Of a stretch of 64,000 nucleotides of DNA, positions 25,147-39,011 are shown in pieces; position 1 is the first letter of the stretch, and each line of letters opens with the position of its first letter. Below the pieces are notes generated by a model, which ran no database searches, was not told the DNA's origin, and saw only the letters and a program-made list of their open reading frames with translations. Location: NCBI RefSeq assembly GCF_009914755.1, contig NC_060939.1. One strand, written 5' to 3'. The translations under genes were made by a program, and so were the position numbers. Source of the stretch: the human T2T-CHM13v2.0 reference genome, Homo sapiens.

Positions 25147-26512
25147 GAAGCTCCAGTGCTGTGCAAATGAAGAGCCCTGACTCGGCAGATACGCTGCATC
25201 AACTTCACACTCAAGGTGTCAATCCATTTCTTTACAAACTCAACAGGAGTACAAGTTGCCCCTTGATAACACTTAAAGTTTCAGGATTCAAATGTCTTTT
25301 AATCATAGAGAGGGTGGAACAAGATGCCTCTCGTTACTTTCCCTGTTACATGTCAATTCCTCCATCACAAGTCTCTGATTCTTTGCTGCACTAACTTAAA
25401 AGAAGTAGACCAGTCAACATCACATGTCGAACATCCCCTGTGTCTCGGGGATGCAACTGACCCACGGAGGGGCTTTTTAGTGCCCATTTTATCACATTGT
25501 TTTCTAAAAAATAATGCACCTCTTCCAAGTTCATGACACTTGGGGACTGGTAACTCAGAGCTCAATAATTTAAACGACAGCAAGAACAACCTGCAACATT
25601 TCCTCATTCACAGAAACTCCAGATATTCCCAGAATATTTGCCTGGCCACTTAGGGGTAATGATAGACTGACATAAAATGAGTTGCCGTGGTAGAAAATAG
25701 AGCATTTTGAAACGTGCACTGGAAAGAAGAGATTTAGGGTTGGATCACTTTCTTAGAAATTGAGAAGAATGCTACTGATTGGCAGATAGGTGGAAAATTG
25801 CTGTCAAGTTTCCAAGTATGGAAAAACAAATCCTCTGTTCAGTGAGTCAAGGCCCATGGGAAACGTAAACCAAATATTTGCATAGTGGAGGATGCTGTAC
25901 AGCTGTGCTGGTGAGGCTACCTCAGGTGGGCTTCTGAGTGTCACTTTATACATCAAATTTCTATCCACTCACCCACACGCTTCAACAAGCACCCTTTCTC
26001 TCCACTCCCCAGAGAGGGGATGTGGTGCCATCATTTGAAAGAGTCTGCGTTGTTAAAACAAAGTGCTTAAATGGCATTATAAATATTAGCTCAAAGTATT
26101 CATTGGTTATCAGAGGCATTCAGAATTGTGGAAGAGGAGATCCAGCGATTGAAAGCAGCAACATCTGTAGGATGGAAGACTGGCACCTGTAGGCAGGGAC
26201 CCTGTGGGCCTTCACATCCCCAGTCAGCATTCCCTCTGACCTGCCTGTAAGCCCAACAAGCTATGGGCTTTCTTATCTCCATTTCATTTACCCAATCTTT
26301 ATTTCCTTTTTTCAGTTATCTTTGGGCTTAGCGTGCTCTTTTTTTTTTTTTCTAATGTGTAAAGTTCCTTAATGTGTAAAGTTCAGTTATCAGTTGAAAT
26401 CGTTTTTCGTTTTTAATGTGGGCATTCAGAGCTATAAATTTGACTCCAGGCACTGCTTTTGCTAGTCCCATAAGTATTGATAACTTGGGTTTTTGTTGTC
26501 ATTTATCTCAAT

Positions 26513-26769
26513 ATTTTTTTCTTTTTTTAGGGACAGGGTGCCATCATAGCTCAGTGTAGCCTGAACTCCTGGGCTCAAGTGATCCTCCCACCTCAGCCTT
26601 CCAAGTAGTTAGGCACATGACACCATGCCCAGCTAATTTCTTTTATTTTTATAGAGACAGGGTCTTGCTATATTGCCCAGGCAGGTTAGGAACTGCTGGT
26701 TTCAAGCAATTCTCCTGCCTTGGCTTCTTAAAGTGCTGGGATTACAGGTGTGAGCCACCATTCCTGGCC
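26513..26769 (-). mobile_element. AluJ with internal deletion
   Basis: ctcctgggctcaagtgatcctcc and cttgctatattgcccagg J-type segments. Confidence 0.88.
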
Positions 26770-28124
26770 TCAAAATTTTTAAAATTTCTCTTATGATGTA
26801 CTCTTTGACCCATTTGTTATTTAGAAATGTGTTTAATTTCCACATATTTGTGAAAGTTTCAATTTTCCTTCTGTTACTGATTTCTAGTTTCATTACATTT
26901 GGTCAGAAGAGATACTTTGTATGATTTTACATTTTTAAAGTATGAGATTTGTTTTGTAGTTGAACAGATTGTCTATCCTGGGCATGCTCCCTGTGCGCTT
27001 GAGAAGAATGTGTATTCTGCTTTTGTTGGATAGAGTGTTCTATATATGCCTGTTAAGTCCATTTGCTTTATAGTATAGTCAAAGTCTTGTCAATGTTCTC
27101 TCTAGATACTCTACTCATTATTGAAAATGGGATATTCAGGTTTCCAACTGATATTGCAGAATAGTGTATTTTTCTCTGAGGTTTGTTAGTTTGGTCTGAT
27201 ATATTTTTGAGTTTCCATTTTGAGTTTCATATAGGTTTATAATTTCTATACATTTTGATGAACAGAGCCACTTATTATCATGTAATATCTTTGTCTCTTG
27301 CAACAAATTTTGTCTTAAAGTTCTCTTTGGTTTTGATGTCAATGGAATGCCTTTTTCATCCTTTCACTTTTGACTTTTTTATGGTTTTGGAACTAAAATG
27401 AGTCCTCGTACATGATAAAGAATTATTTTATATATCTATATCGATTCTGCCAATACCTGCCTTTTAATTGAAGTATTTAGTCCATTTACATTTAATATAA
27501 TTGCTGAAAGGAAGGACTTTCTACCTTTTTTCTATTTGCTTTCTATATTGCTTATTCATTTCTTGTTCTACAGTTCTTTCATTTCTTCTTTTGTGTTTAA
27601 TTGATGTTTTTTAGCGTACCACTTTAATTTTCATGTAATTTCTTTTACTGTATATTTTTAAATTATTCTATTAGTGGTTACCCTGCGGAATAAAATTAAC
27701 ATCTAAATTTATAACAATCTGGTTTGGGTTAAAACCAACTTAGTTTCAGTCATATATAAAAAACTTTGCTCCAGTAGCTCTGTCCTCCCATTGTTATTGT
27801 CATAAATTGTATCTTTACACATAGTTTGTGTAACATAGATTTGTAAATATTTATTAACATAGATTTACAATTATTATTTTATGCATTATTTTATGCATTA
27901 TTAAATAATTATACAATTTTTTTGTATTTAAAGTCATATGGGATAAAAAATGGGTTACAAATCAAAAATATCATCATACTGATTTTATATTTACCTACAT
28001 CATTACTGTTACTGCTGTTCTTGATATGGTTTTGAGTTATCCTCTTGTGTCCTTTTATCTCTGCCTAAAGGATTCCTTTGGCATTTATTATATGGCAAGT
28101 CTTATAGCAACGAACTCCCTCAGT

Positions 28125-31100
28125 TTTTAAAGAATGTATTTTTTAAAAGAATTTCATTTTTGGAGCAGTTTTAGGTTTACAGACAAATTAAGAGTATGGT
28201 ACAGAAATTTTCCATAAACCCCTGTCCCTATACATGCATAGCTTCCCTCCTTACACATCCCCAACCAGAGTGGCACATATGTTACAACTGATGAACCTAA
28301 ATTGACACATCATTATTACCCAAAGTCCATACTTTACATTAGGGTTCACTCTTGGTGGCGTACATTCTGTGTGTTCAGACAAAATTATAATGACATGTAC
28401 TCACCATTACGATATCACAGGAGTATTTTTGTTGCTCTAAAAATCCTCTGTGCTCTGCTTAATTTTATCCCTCTCTCCCCTGAACCCCTGACAACTACTG
28501 ACCTTTTTACTTCTTTTATAGTTTTGCCTTTTCCCAGAATGTCAAATAGTTAGAATCATACCGTGTGTCATATTTTCAAACTGGCTCACTTCACTTAGTA
28601 AAATGCATTTGAGTTTCCTTGGCACAACACTGCATTATCTGCATACACTATAGTTTATCCATTCATCTATGGAAGGACATCTTGATTGCTTCCGAGTTTT
28701 GGTAGTTATGAATAAGGCTGGTATAAACATTCTTGTGAAGGCTTTTGTGTAGGCATAAGTTTTCCATTTCTTTGGGTAAATACAAAGAGCACAATTGCTG
28801 ATACAGTAAGGGTTTGTTTAGTTTTCTAAGAAGTTGCCAAGCTGCCTTCCAAAGTAGCTGAACCAATTTGCATTCACGTCAGCAGTTAATGAGCAAGTTT
28901 CTCTTGCTCCACATCCTCTCCAGTGTTTACTGTTGGCAGTGTTCTGGATTTCGGCCATTTTAGGAGATGTGTAGTGATATCTCAATGTTGCTTTAATTTG
29001 TGTTTTTCTGATGACATATGTCGTGGAGCATCTTTTCATATGCTTATTTATCATCTGTATGTCTTTTTTAGTAAGATGTTTGTTAAGGTCTTTTATCATT
29101 TTTTAATTGGGTTGTTTTCTTATGACTGAGTTTTATGAGTTCTTTGAATATTTTGGATAACAGCCCTTTGTCATATATGCCTTCTGCAAATATTTTCTCC
29201 TACTGTGTGACTTGTCTTTTCATTCTTTTCACAGTGTCTTTCACAGAACAGAAATGTTTAATTTTAATGAAATTTGGCTTATGAATTCTTACTTTCACAG
29301 ACTGTGCTTTTGGTATCTCATCTAAAAAGTCATCACCAAACCCAAAGTCATTTAGATTTTCTCTTATGTTATAGGAGTTTTATAGTTTTGCATTTACCAT
29401 TTAGATCTGTGATCCATTTTGAGTTAATTCTTGTGAAGGGTATAAGGTTAGTGTCTAGATTCATCTTTATACATGTGCATGCCCATTTGGTCCAGCACTT
29501 GTTGAAAAGACTGTCTCGTCTTCAGTCTGTGGTCTTTTGCTCCTTTGTCAAATATCAGTTGGCTGTATTTTTGGGTGGCTATTTCTGGACTGTGTTCTCT
29601 TCTATTTATCTAGTTGTCTATTCTTTCACCAATTCTACACTGTCTTGATTACTATAGCTTTATAAGTCTTGAATTGGGTGGTGTATGTCCTCTGACTTTG
29701 TTCTTTTCCCTCGATATCATTATGGCTACTCTGGGTCTTTTGCCTCTTCATATCAATATTAGAATCAGTTTGTTAATATCCACAAAACAACGTGCTTGAA
29801 TTTTGATTGGCATTGCATAGCATCTGTAGATTGAGTTGAGAGGAACTGAAATCTTGACAATATTGAGTATTCCTATGAATGAACATGGAATTTATCTCCA
29901 TTTTGTTCTTTAATTTATTTTATTAGAGTTTTCTTGTTTTTCCCCTAAATATTATATACTAATTTTGTTAGATTTATACCTAAAGATTTCACTTTGGGGT
30001 GCTAATGTAACTTGTATTGTGTCTTTAAAATTTCATTTGTTCATTGCTGATATATAATAAAATAATTGACTTACATACATTGACCTTGTATCAGCAAGCT
30101 TACTCTATTCATGTATTAGTTCCAGGACTTTTCTGTTGTTGATTCTTTCAGATTTTATACATAGACGAGCATGCTCAAGCTCAATTGTGCTCAAGCGCAA
30201 TTTTGTTTCTTTTTTTCTTTAATCTATATAAATTTTACTTCCTTTACTTTTCTTATTACATTAGCTAGAACTTTCAGTATAATGTGGAAAGGGTAGTGAG
30301 AGTAGACATCCTTGCCTTGTTCCTGATCTTAGTGACAAAGCTTTTAATTTCTCACTATTAAGTATGATGTTAGCTGTAGGTTTATGGTAGATTTTTAAAA
30401 AATCAAGTTGAGGAAGTTCCCCCATATTCCCAATTTACTGAAAGTTTTTATCATAAACAGGTATTAGATTTTGTTAAATGCTTTTTCTGCATCTATTAAT
30501 ATGAACATGTGATTTTTCTTGTTTAGCCTGTTGATGTAATGGATTACATTAATTGATTTTTGTTTTTTAAAAACTTTCATATTAGGTTCAGGGGTACATG
30601 TGCAGATTTGTTATATAGATAAACTGTGTCACAGTGGTTTGTTTATAGATTATTTTGTCACCCTGGTATTAAGCCTAGTAGCCAATAGTTATTTTTCCTG
30701 ATCCTCTCCCTCATCCCACCCTCCACCCTCAAGAAGGCTCCAGTGTTTGCTGTTCCCCTCATTGCATCCATGTGTTCTCATCATTTAGCTCCCACTTATA
30801 AGTGAGAACATGTGGTATTTGGCTTTCTGTTGCTGTGTCAGTTTGCTAAGGATAATGACCTCCAGCTCCATCCATGTCCCCACAAAGGACATGATCTTCT
30901 TTTTTATGGCTGCATAGTATTCCATGGTGTATATGTACCACATTTTCTTCATTGATTCTAACTTTGATGGGCATTTAGGTTGGTTCTTTGTCTTTGTATT
31001 GTGAATCGTGCTATAATGAATGTAAGTGTGCATGTCTCTTTATCATAGACTGGTTTACATTCCTCTGAGTATATACTCAGTAACAGAATTGCTGGGTCAA

Positions 31101-32798
31101 TGATATTTCTGCCTCTAGGTCTTTGAGGAGTTGCCCCACTGCTTTCCACAATGGTTGAACTAATTTACACTCCAGCCAACAGTGTATAAGCATTCCCCTT
31201 TCTCCACAACCTCACCAGCATCTGTTATTTTTTGACCTTTTAGTAATAGCCATTTGACTGGTGTGAGATGATGTCTCATTGTGGTTTTGATTTGCATTTC
31301 TCTAATGATCAGTGATATTTAGCTTTTTTTTCATATACTCATTGGCTGCATGTATGTCTTCTTTTGAAAAGTGTCTGTTCACATGCTTTGCTCGCTTTTT
31401 AACAGGATGTTTTGTTTTTTTTTCTTGTAAGTTTGTTTAAGTTCCTTATAGATTCTGGATATTAGACTTTTGTCAGATGCATATTAGACTTTTGCAGATA
31501 TTTTCTCTCATTCTATAGGTTGTCTGCCTACTCTGTTGATAGTTCCCTTTGCTGTGCAGAAGCTCTTTAGTTTAATTAGATCCCATTTGTTCATTTTTGC
31601 TTTTTGTTGCAGTTGCTTTTGCTATCTTCATCATGAAATCATTGCCCATTCCTATGACTAGAATGGTATTGCCTAGGTTGTCTTGTAGGGTTTTTATAGT
31701 TTTGGGTTTTACTTTTAAGTATTTAATCCATCTTTAATATACTTTTAAGTATATGGTGTAAAAAAGGGGTACAGTTTCAATCTTCTGCATATAGCTAATC
31801 AGTTATCCCAGCACCATTTATAGGGAGTCCTTTTCCCATTGCTTATTTTTGTCAGTTGTATTGAAAATCAGATGGTTGTAGGTGTGTGGCCTTATTTCTG
31901 GGGTCTCTGTACTGTTCCACTGATCTATGCAGCTATTTTTGTACCAGTACCATGCTGTTTTGGTTACTGTACATCTGTAGTATAGTTTGAAGTTGGGTAG
32001 AATGATGTCTCCTGCTTTGTTCTTTTTGCTTAGGGTCGCCTTGGCTATTCAGGCTCTTTTTTGATTCCATATGAATTTTAAAAATAGTTTTTCTACTGTT
32101 GTGAAGAATGTCATTGGTAGGTTGATAGGATACAGCATTGAATCTGTAAATTGCTTTCAGCAGTATGGCCATTTTAGTGATATCAATTCTTCCTATCCAT
32201 GAGCATGGAATGTTTTTCCATTTGTTTGTATTGTCTCTGATTTCTTTCAGCAGTGTTGTATAGTTCTCATTGTAGAGCTCTTTCACCTCCTGGGTGAGCT
32301 GTATTCCTAGGTATTTCATTCTTTTTGTGGTAATCATGAATGGGATTACATTCCTGATTTGGCTCTTGGCTTGGCTGTTCCTGATGTATAGGAATGCTAC
32401 TGATTTTTTATATTGATTTTGTATCCTGAAACTTTGTTATTTATCAGCTGAAGGTGCTTTTGGGCTGAGACTATGGGGTTTTCTAGATGTAGGATCATGT
32501 CATCTGCAAACAGGGATAGTTTGACTTCCTTGCTTCCTATTAGGATGTCCTTTATTTCTTTATCTTGCCTGATTGCTCTAGCCAGGACTTCCAGTACTAT
32601 ATCGAATAGGAGTGGTGAGAGAGGGCATTTTTGTCTTGTGCCAGTTTTCAAGGAGAATTCTTCGAGCTTTTGCCCATTCAGAATGATGTTGACTGTGGAT
32701 TTGTCATAGATGGCTCTTATTATTTTAAGGTATGTTCCTTCAGTACATAGTTTGTTGAGAGTTTTAACATGAAGGGTACATTAATTGATTTTGGAATG
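28125..32798 (-). mobile_element. L1MC/MB-type 3' portion nested in the older L1M
   Basis: L1 3' UTR and ORF2 C-terminal remnants (ORF 28818..29099 DLNKHLTKKDIQMINKHMKRCS); flanking direct repeat CTCCCTCAGT at 28115-28124 and 32799-32808. Confidence 0.8.
30561..32776 (-). mobile_element. 5'-truncated older L1PA element (~2.2 kb)
   Basis: ORF2 RT fragments ([29 protein letters not shown]); 16-bp TSD TACATTAATTGATTTT at 30545-30560 and 32777-32792. Confidence 0.93.
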
Positions 32799-35700
32799 CT
32801 CCCTCAGTGGCTGTTTATCTGGAATATCATAATTTCTTCTTCATTTTGAAGGATCATTTTGTTGGAAATAGAATTCTTGGTTGACAAGTTTTTTTTTTCT
32901 TTCAGCACATTTAGTATTTCCTCCCACCACCTCTGGGCTTCCATGGTTTCTGATAGAAATCACCTGTTTATGTTACTTAGGATCCCTTGTGCATAAGTTT
33001 CTTCTCTCTTGCTTCTCTAAAGATTCTCTCTTCATCTTTGACTTTTGAAAGTCTGATTATAATGCAGCTCAGTCTGGATCTCTTAAATTTATACTACTGG
33101 AAGTTTATTGAGTTTCTTTTCCTTCATAAAATTTGGGACATTTTCAGCCATAATTTTTTTCAAATATTCTTTCTGTCCCTTTCTTCTTTTTCTCTTGTTC
33201 TGGGATTCCCATTATGTATCATTTGATACTGTTGATGGTGTCTTGTTAGTCTGTTAGACTCTGTTCATTTTTCTTCATTTTTTTTCTTTCTGCTCCTCAG
33301 AATGGATGATTTCATTTGACTTATCTTCAAATTTGCTGAATCTTAATCTTTCTTCTACCTGAACAATCTGCTGTTGAAACCCTCTAGTGAATTCTTTACT
33401 TCAGTTGTTGTTTTTTTTCACCTCCAGAATTTTTTTGGTTCTTTTTATAACTTCTTTTTATTTATATTCTCTATTTGTTGAGACATTGTTCTCCAGGTTT
33501 CCTTTATTTTCTTATTTCTTTTAGATCTTTGATATTTAAGACAGTTGATTTAACATGTTTTCTAGTAAGTCTAATGTCTGTGTGTCCTCAGAGACAGTTT
33601 TCATTCATTTATTTTTCCCTTTGAACAGGCCATTGTTTCTTTGATGTATTTTATTTTTTTCTTGAAAATAGGATATTTTGATTATTATAATGTGGTGACC
33701 CTGGATGTTATATTCTCCCATGTCCATAGTGGTTTTTGTTTGTTTGTTTATGCCTGTTGTGATTATTGTTGTTTGCTTGTTTGGTGAGTTTTTGAGCTAA
33801 TATTGTGAAATCTGTATTGTTTGTTCTACAGGGCCACTCTTTCCTTAGTTCATTGGTCAACTAATGATTTGACAGAGATATTTTTAATGCCTGAAACCAA
33901 AATTTAAAAACCAAAACAATAAAAGCCTCTCTCAGTCTTTGCAGATAGGGTCTGTGTGCATGTTAAAACACTCTTTCAGTGCCTAGCCAGATAGTTTACA
34001 ACATTGCTATAACTTTGCTTTCTTCTTGTGTGGAGTTTGAAGGTCAGCCAGACATGAAAACTTTGGGTCTTTTTAGGTATTTTTTTAGTATGTGTCCAGC
34101 CCTGGGCATGCACGTGACCTCTTAGATTTCCTGGTATAAGTGGGAGCTTTACAGCCCTTGTTCATTATGTATACCTTTCCTCAGCCTCTTCTTTCCTAGC
34201 TTTATGATGAAATAAATGCTTTAATTTCTTAACGTTAAACTTTGAATTTTATTGTGAGAAAGAACCTTTTTTGTGGATTTGTGCTGTTTCTCTTTTGTAG
34301 TATTTTAAAAAAATCATTCAGGCTTATGTGTATTTTCCTACATTTGATCTGTTAAAAAGATTTATTATGGAGTGTGTAGACGCACATAACAAATTAAACA
34401 AAAATAATTCCATTTCACGTCAATTATTACAATGTCCTCCTGAGAAACATGAGCATTAGAAAAAAGCAACAGCTATGTTAATCAAAATAGATCAATATAC
34501 TTTATATCTCTTTTGGATAAGAAATATACTAACATCTCAAAATTATCAAACTTACGATGGTTTTCCCAACATAAATAGGAATTGCTGACATCTTCTTTTC
34601 AGTGGCCAAAGAGGAATGAGGATCCTAATAGTGCAAAGCACAGTGAGAAGTTTTAGCCCAGTATAATTCTGATGGTTGGTCTCATGTACCTCCTTACTAC
34701 ATTCAGGGATACAAAAGAAATCCATTAGCCTTAAAATAATTCATGAAATCTGTAATTCAAACTCAAAGTAAGCCGTATAATTTGGATCTATTTTTAAAAA
34801 GGAGACACTTTGTTATCTCAATAGCAGATATTTTAAAGCAAGGAACTCTACAGTAATATAAACCAAAGCGTGGATCATTTTAGTGTATTCTTATTTGAAA
34901 GACTTTAAAATTTCAGTAATACCCTAAGTTGACTTTTACAAGCTTGCTCTTCACTGAGTTTAAATTCTATTATGTATAAAATAGGTCAATGTACACTTTA
35001 TTCTTCTAGCTTTCTGCTGCCTACTCCCCATTCCTGCCCCGCAGCAGGACTTGATGTCTCATCTATTTCTTATGACAGGCAAAATCTTGCTTTGGATTTG
35101 ACGGGGTCAGACTTAGTGCTAAGGTAAAGATCCTTAGGAGGTTGGCAAACCAGGACAATCACAATGGCCAGGCACTGAAAGAAACTAGGTCTGCAGTTCT
35201 TGTCTGGATCAAACACAACTGCAGTGGATCTACAACCATCACAGAATGGGACCAGTACACACGTCACAGTCAGAAAAAAAGGCGAGGGAATTGCTGAACC
35301 TGGCAGTGGCCTTTGGGTTCCGACAAACTCTGATCCTGACTTACCAACGTTTCTGTTCCAAAAGTTCAGTTTTCATATAGTTGACTGAGCTTCAGAATAC
35401 ATTTTTCCTTGAAATATTATTGTAAGCTGAAGTTAGGTTCCTAGAAAATCAAGCAGTGCCTAACTACAGGTATACAAATAACACACATGGTACATCGTGA
35501 TACTGACTGCATATAATAAAACAAATACATCCGTGCATTCTTTTCTTTAGTAAACAAATTTGGAGTTATTTTTATGAGCACAGTAGTACAGGGGAGAAAA
35601 GTCTAGCCAGGCAGGATTTGGGCATCAGGCAGGGCTCATGGGAAAGTTTCTGAAGGAGAAACAGGCTACCTGTATTGCTAGCATCAGTAACTTATTAAAT

Positions 35701-36584
35701 ATATATGTATGTATGTATTTATACACTTGTATGCATGCATATGTATTTCAGTTCTTTTTAATTGAATATTTGGATCAGTATATCTTCATTTGCTAATCTT
35801 GATTTGAGTCAGTTCTAGGGAAACAGGCCTGTAATCCTTACAGCTGGGTTTCCTTTCCAAGACGCCCCACTCATAGCACAAACTATGCTCCGTGTGCATG
35901 ATGTGAATCTCCTCTTCCATCCTTGCTAAGGATGTGACTCAGGTGTAGAGTGAAAATTCACCAGCAGCATCCCTACTGGTGTGCTGAATAAGCCCTGCAC
36001 AGACTTGCAGCTATGAGTACACCAGAGGCACCAGAGTCAGGCTGCAGCCCAATAGAAGAATATTGCCTGCCGTCATGCCAGCTGCAGAATGCCAAACCCT
36101 GTGTCTCCAAACCCTGCAGGCTTTCCGATGGGGCACAACTCTGGTGCATAGAAAGTTTTCTAAGTTAAGCATTGGTGTGTTTTTTACAAGGCCTCTCAGG
36201 ACTAGACAAAGATCATGATGAAATTAAGCCTTGTTTCTTTTCTGTAGCATCAATCTTTAGATACTGTGTTGATACTGAATTTCAAGGGTCCCTAAATAAA
36301 TTCCTGTATTGCCTGAGAGTCACGGGTAGCATCTTCACAGGGAGGTCATGTTTCCAATAATTCCAGCTGAGGCACAGCATGCTGTTCAATAACTGACCCA
36401 GCTAGGATGCCTCACATGAGATGTCTATTTCATTATCAAAGTCTGAATTTTCACTGCAGTGAACATGATGTGAGCTACTTACAAATTGGCTAATATTACT
36501 AAATTTATTTGTCACCTTTGTGAAAATGATTTCAAAATATGCATGGGGCTGCTCTTTGGCACAATAACTGCTGGTCATTAGACT

Positions 36585-37053
36585 TGTATGAGCTTCCTGT
36601 TGCTGCTTAACAAATTACTACATAGTTAGTGACTTTTCAACACAAATTTATTCTCTCACATCACTGGAGACCAGAAGTCTGGAATGGGTCTTGTGTGTCT
36701 GAAATGCAGCTGTGGGCAGGATGGCCTCTCTTCTGGCTTCTCTAGGGGACAATCTGTGTCCTTGCCTCTCCCAGCCTCTGGAGGGGCCAGATTCCTTGGT
36801 TCATGGTCCTGCGTCACTCTTGCTTCCACTTCCGCCATCAGATTTCCTGCTCTGATTCTGACACTCCCATTTTCCTCTTCTACGTGGCCTCGTGATGACA
36901 TTTGTCCCACCCAGATAACCCAGGAAAACCTCCCATCTCTAAAGCTTTAAATTCACCACATCTGAAAAGTCCTTTTTGCTATAAGGGAAACATATTGACA
37001 GGTAGGAAGAGTTGGGACATGGACATCTTTGGAGACCACCATTTTGTCATAGC
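36585..37053 (-). mobile_element. MLT1 (C/D-like) LTR
   Basis: aacaaattactaca...aaatttattctctcaca...ggagaccagaagtc...ggacatctttgg pattern of a reverse MLT1. Confidence 0.75.
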
Positions 37054-37069
37054 ATCAATAGGAAATACA

Positions 37070-37492
37070 AATTTTGGCTTAAAACACAACAAAGTTATTG
37101 TCTTGTAATTCCAAAAGGGTCCCAGGAGGCTACAGTCAAGCTGTTGGCAGGATTGCATTTCTTTTGGACGCTCTAGGGGAGAGGCTGTTTCTTGCCTCTT
37201 CCGGTTTCTAGAGGACACTTGTATTCTTAGACTCTTGGCCACTTTGCACCGACCTCTGCTTCCTCATCACATGTTTTTCTCTGAATCTGACACTCTTGTC
37301 TCCCTCTTAGAAGGACCTTTGTGATTGTATTGGGCTCACATGGAGAATCCAGGATTATCTCTCCATCCCAAGATCCTTAAATGAATCACATCTGCAAAGC
37401 CCTTTTGCTGAGTGAGGTAGCATACTCACAGGTTTGGGGTTTTGTGCATTGGCACATGGACATATTTGCAGTGCTGTTATTTTGCCTGCCAC
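37070..37492 (-). mobile_element. Second MLT1 (C/D-like) LTR, adjacent and in the same orientation
   Basis: ggcttaaaacacaac...ctctaggggagagg...aatccaggattatctc...atcacatctgcaaag. Confidence 0.72.
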
Positions 37493-37928
37493 TGTCACAC
37501 CTACTGCATTGATGCAGGATTTCCACAAGAATGAGGAAGGCTTCGATTTGAAGAAGATTTTAGTAGAATTTTGGAGACTTTCTTTAATCACCTCATTGTC
37601 ATTGAACTGGTAATAGCCAAAGCCTTTTTACCCTTTTTATACTTATCAATTATTTATTTCAGAGAATGAAATAAATGTTTTTTTTTTTCTTTTTTTTGAC
37701 ACAAGAAGACTGGACCAGATTGGTTAGGCAGTTTTACAAAGGTCACACAATTAGTTAATAGCAAAGCTACTCTAGAATTTGGCCATTTTACCCATCATAA
37801 AGCACTCTTCACCCATCAGCTGCTCCTGACCAAGCAGAGAGCTCTTTCTTGAGTTTAGGACCCTAAGCCCTCAATTACGATGACATAAATCCAAATTGAA
37901 GCAATTATCTTAAATTATAAAAATGCCC

Positions 37929-38265
<337 letters not shown>

Positions 38266-38975
38266 TTATGCTTCAGTAAGTGAATGCTTGAATGTCTTAA
38301 CAGAAATTGGAAGTAAAACAGAAATTGGACCTTTGTAAAAATACTGGATTCCTGGGTCTTCCAGTAATTCAGTGAAGTCTTTCCACAGTCAAGTTTCTTA
38401 ACCTTTTGGGCTTGATTTTCTTTATCGAAAAAGTGAGGGTTTCAAGCAGGTGACCTAGCTGTCTCTCTTGCGCTATGACAGTCACCCACTCCACAGAGGC
38501 CTTGATCTCAGCTCTGTGTGGAGGCGGCTGGTTCCACATCAAAGCATTCCACATTTCAAGAGCCCCATGAATAGAAGGCTTTCTTTCACTGAGAGATACT
38601 TTTTGAGTATTATAAAAGCATAGGCCATTTTTGAAATGTTTAGAGGGATCGAAAATTTAAATTTATTTCCTGACTGAGGCTGAAACAGTTCTTATTGAGA
38701 GATTTATCTGAATAATACATTCATGTGTTAGAGGAGAGACACTATCATAGATGAAGTATACTTTCCTGAGGTTTAGAATTCTAAGGGGCTCTATAAAATT
38801 GGGAGAAGTCACAAGGCTCTAATAATAGCATTTATTGAGATGGTAATTGTAGAAAAACTGTCTTTTTTACATTTTTACTGGAGTTATTTTTTCTTTAAAA
38901 GTGCCTTTTTTTAGATCCAGCTAAATGCTGTCCACCTGTGTTTGTGTACCCTCCCTGCCCCCACCCTTGCTGCAT

Positions 38976-38976
<1 letters not shown>

Positions 38977-39009
<33 letters not shown>
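38977..39009 (+). repeat. (CA)16 microsatellite
   Basis: Read directly. Confidence 0.97.

Positions 39010-39011
<2 letters not shown>

Larger units (their letters stand above)
26280..34200 (-). mobile_element. Old L1M element (ORF2 EN/ORF1/5' region) hosting nested L1s and an AluJ; outer limits approximate
   Basis: T-rich antisense L1 sequence. ORF 26702..26893 begins with the L1 ORF2-like KLEISNRRK...WKLN. The host sequence resumes after 32808. Confidence 0.8.

Noticed and set aside
31933-32651. Reverse-transcriptase-like ORFs (also 44605..45586 and 59509..60473)
   Set aside because: Frameshifted L1 ORF2 remnants, not an intact or novel RT system.
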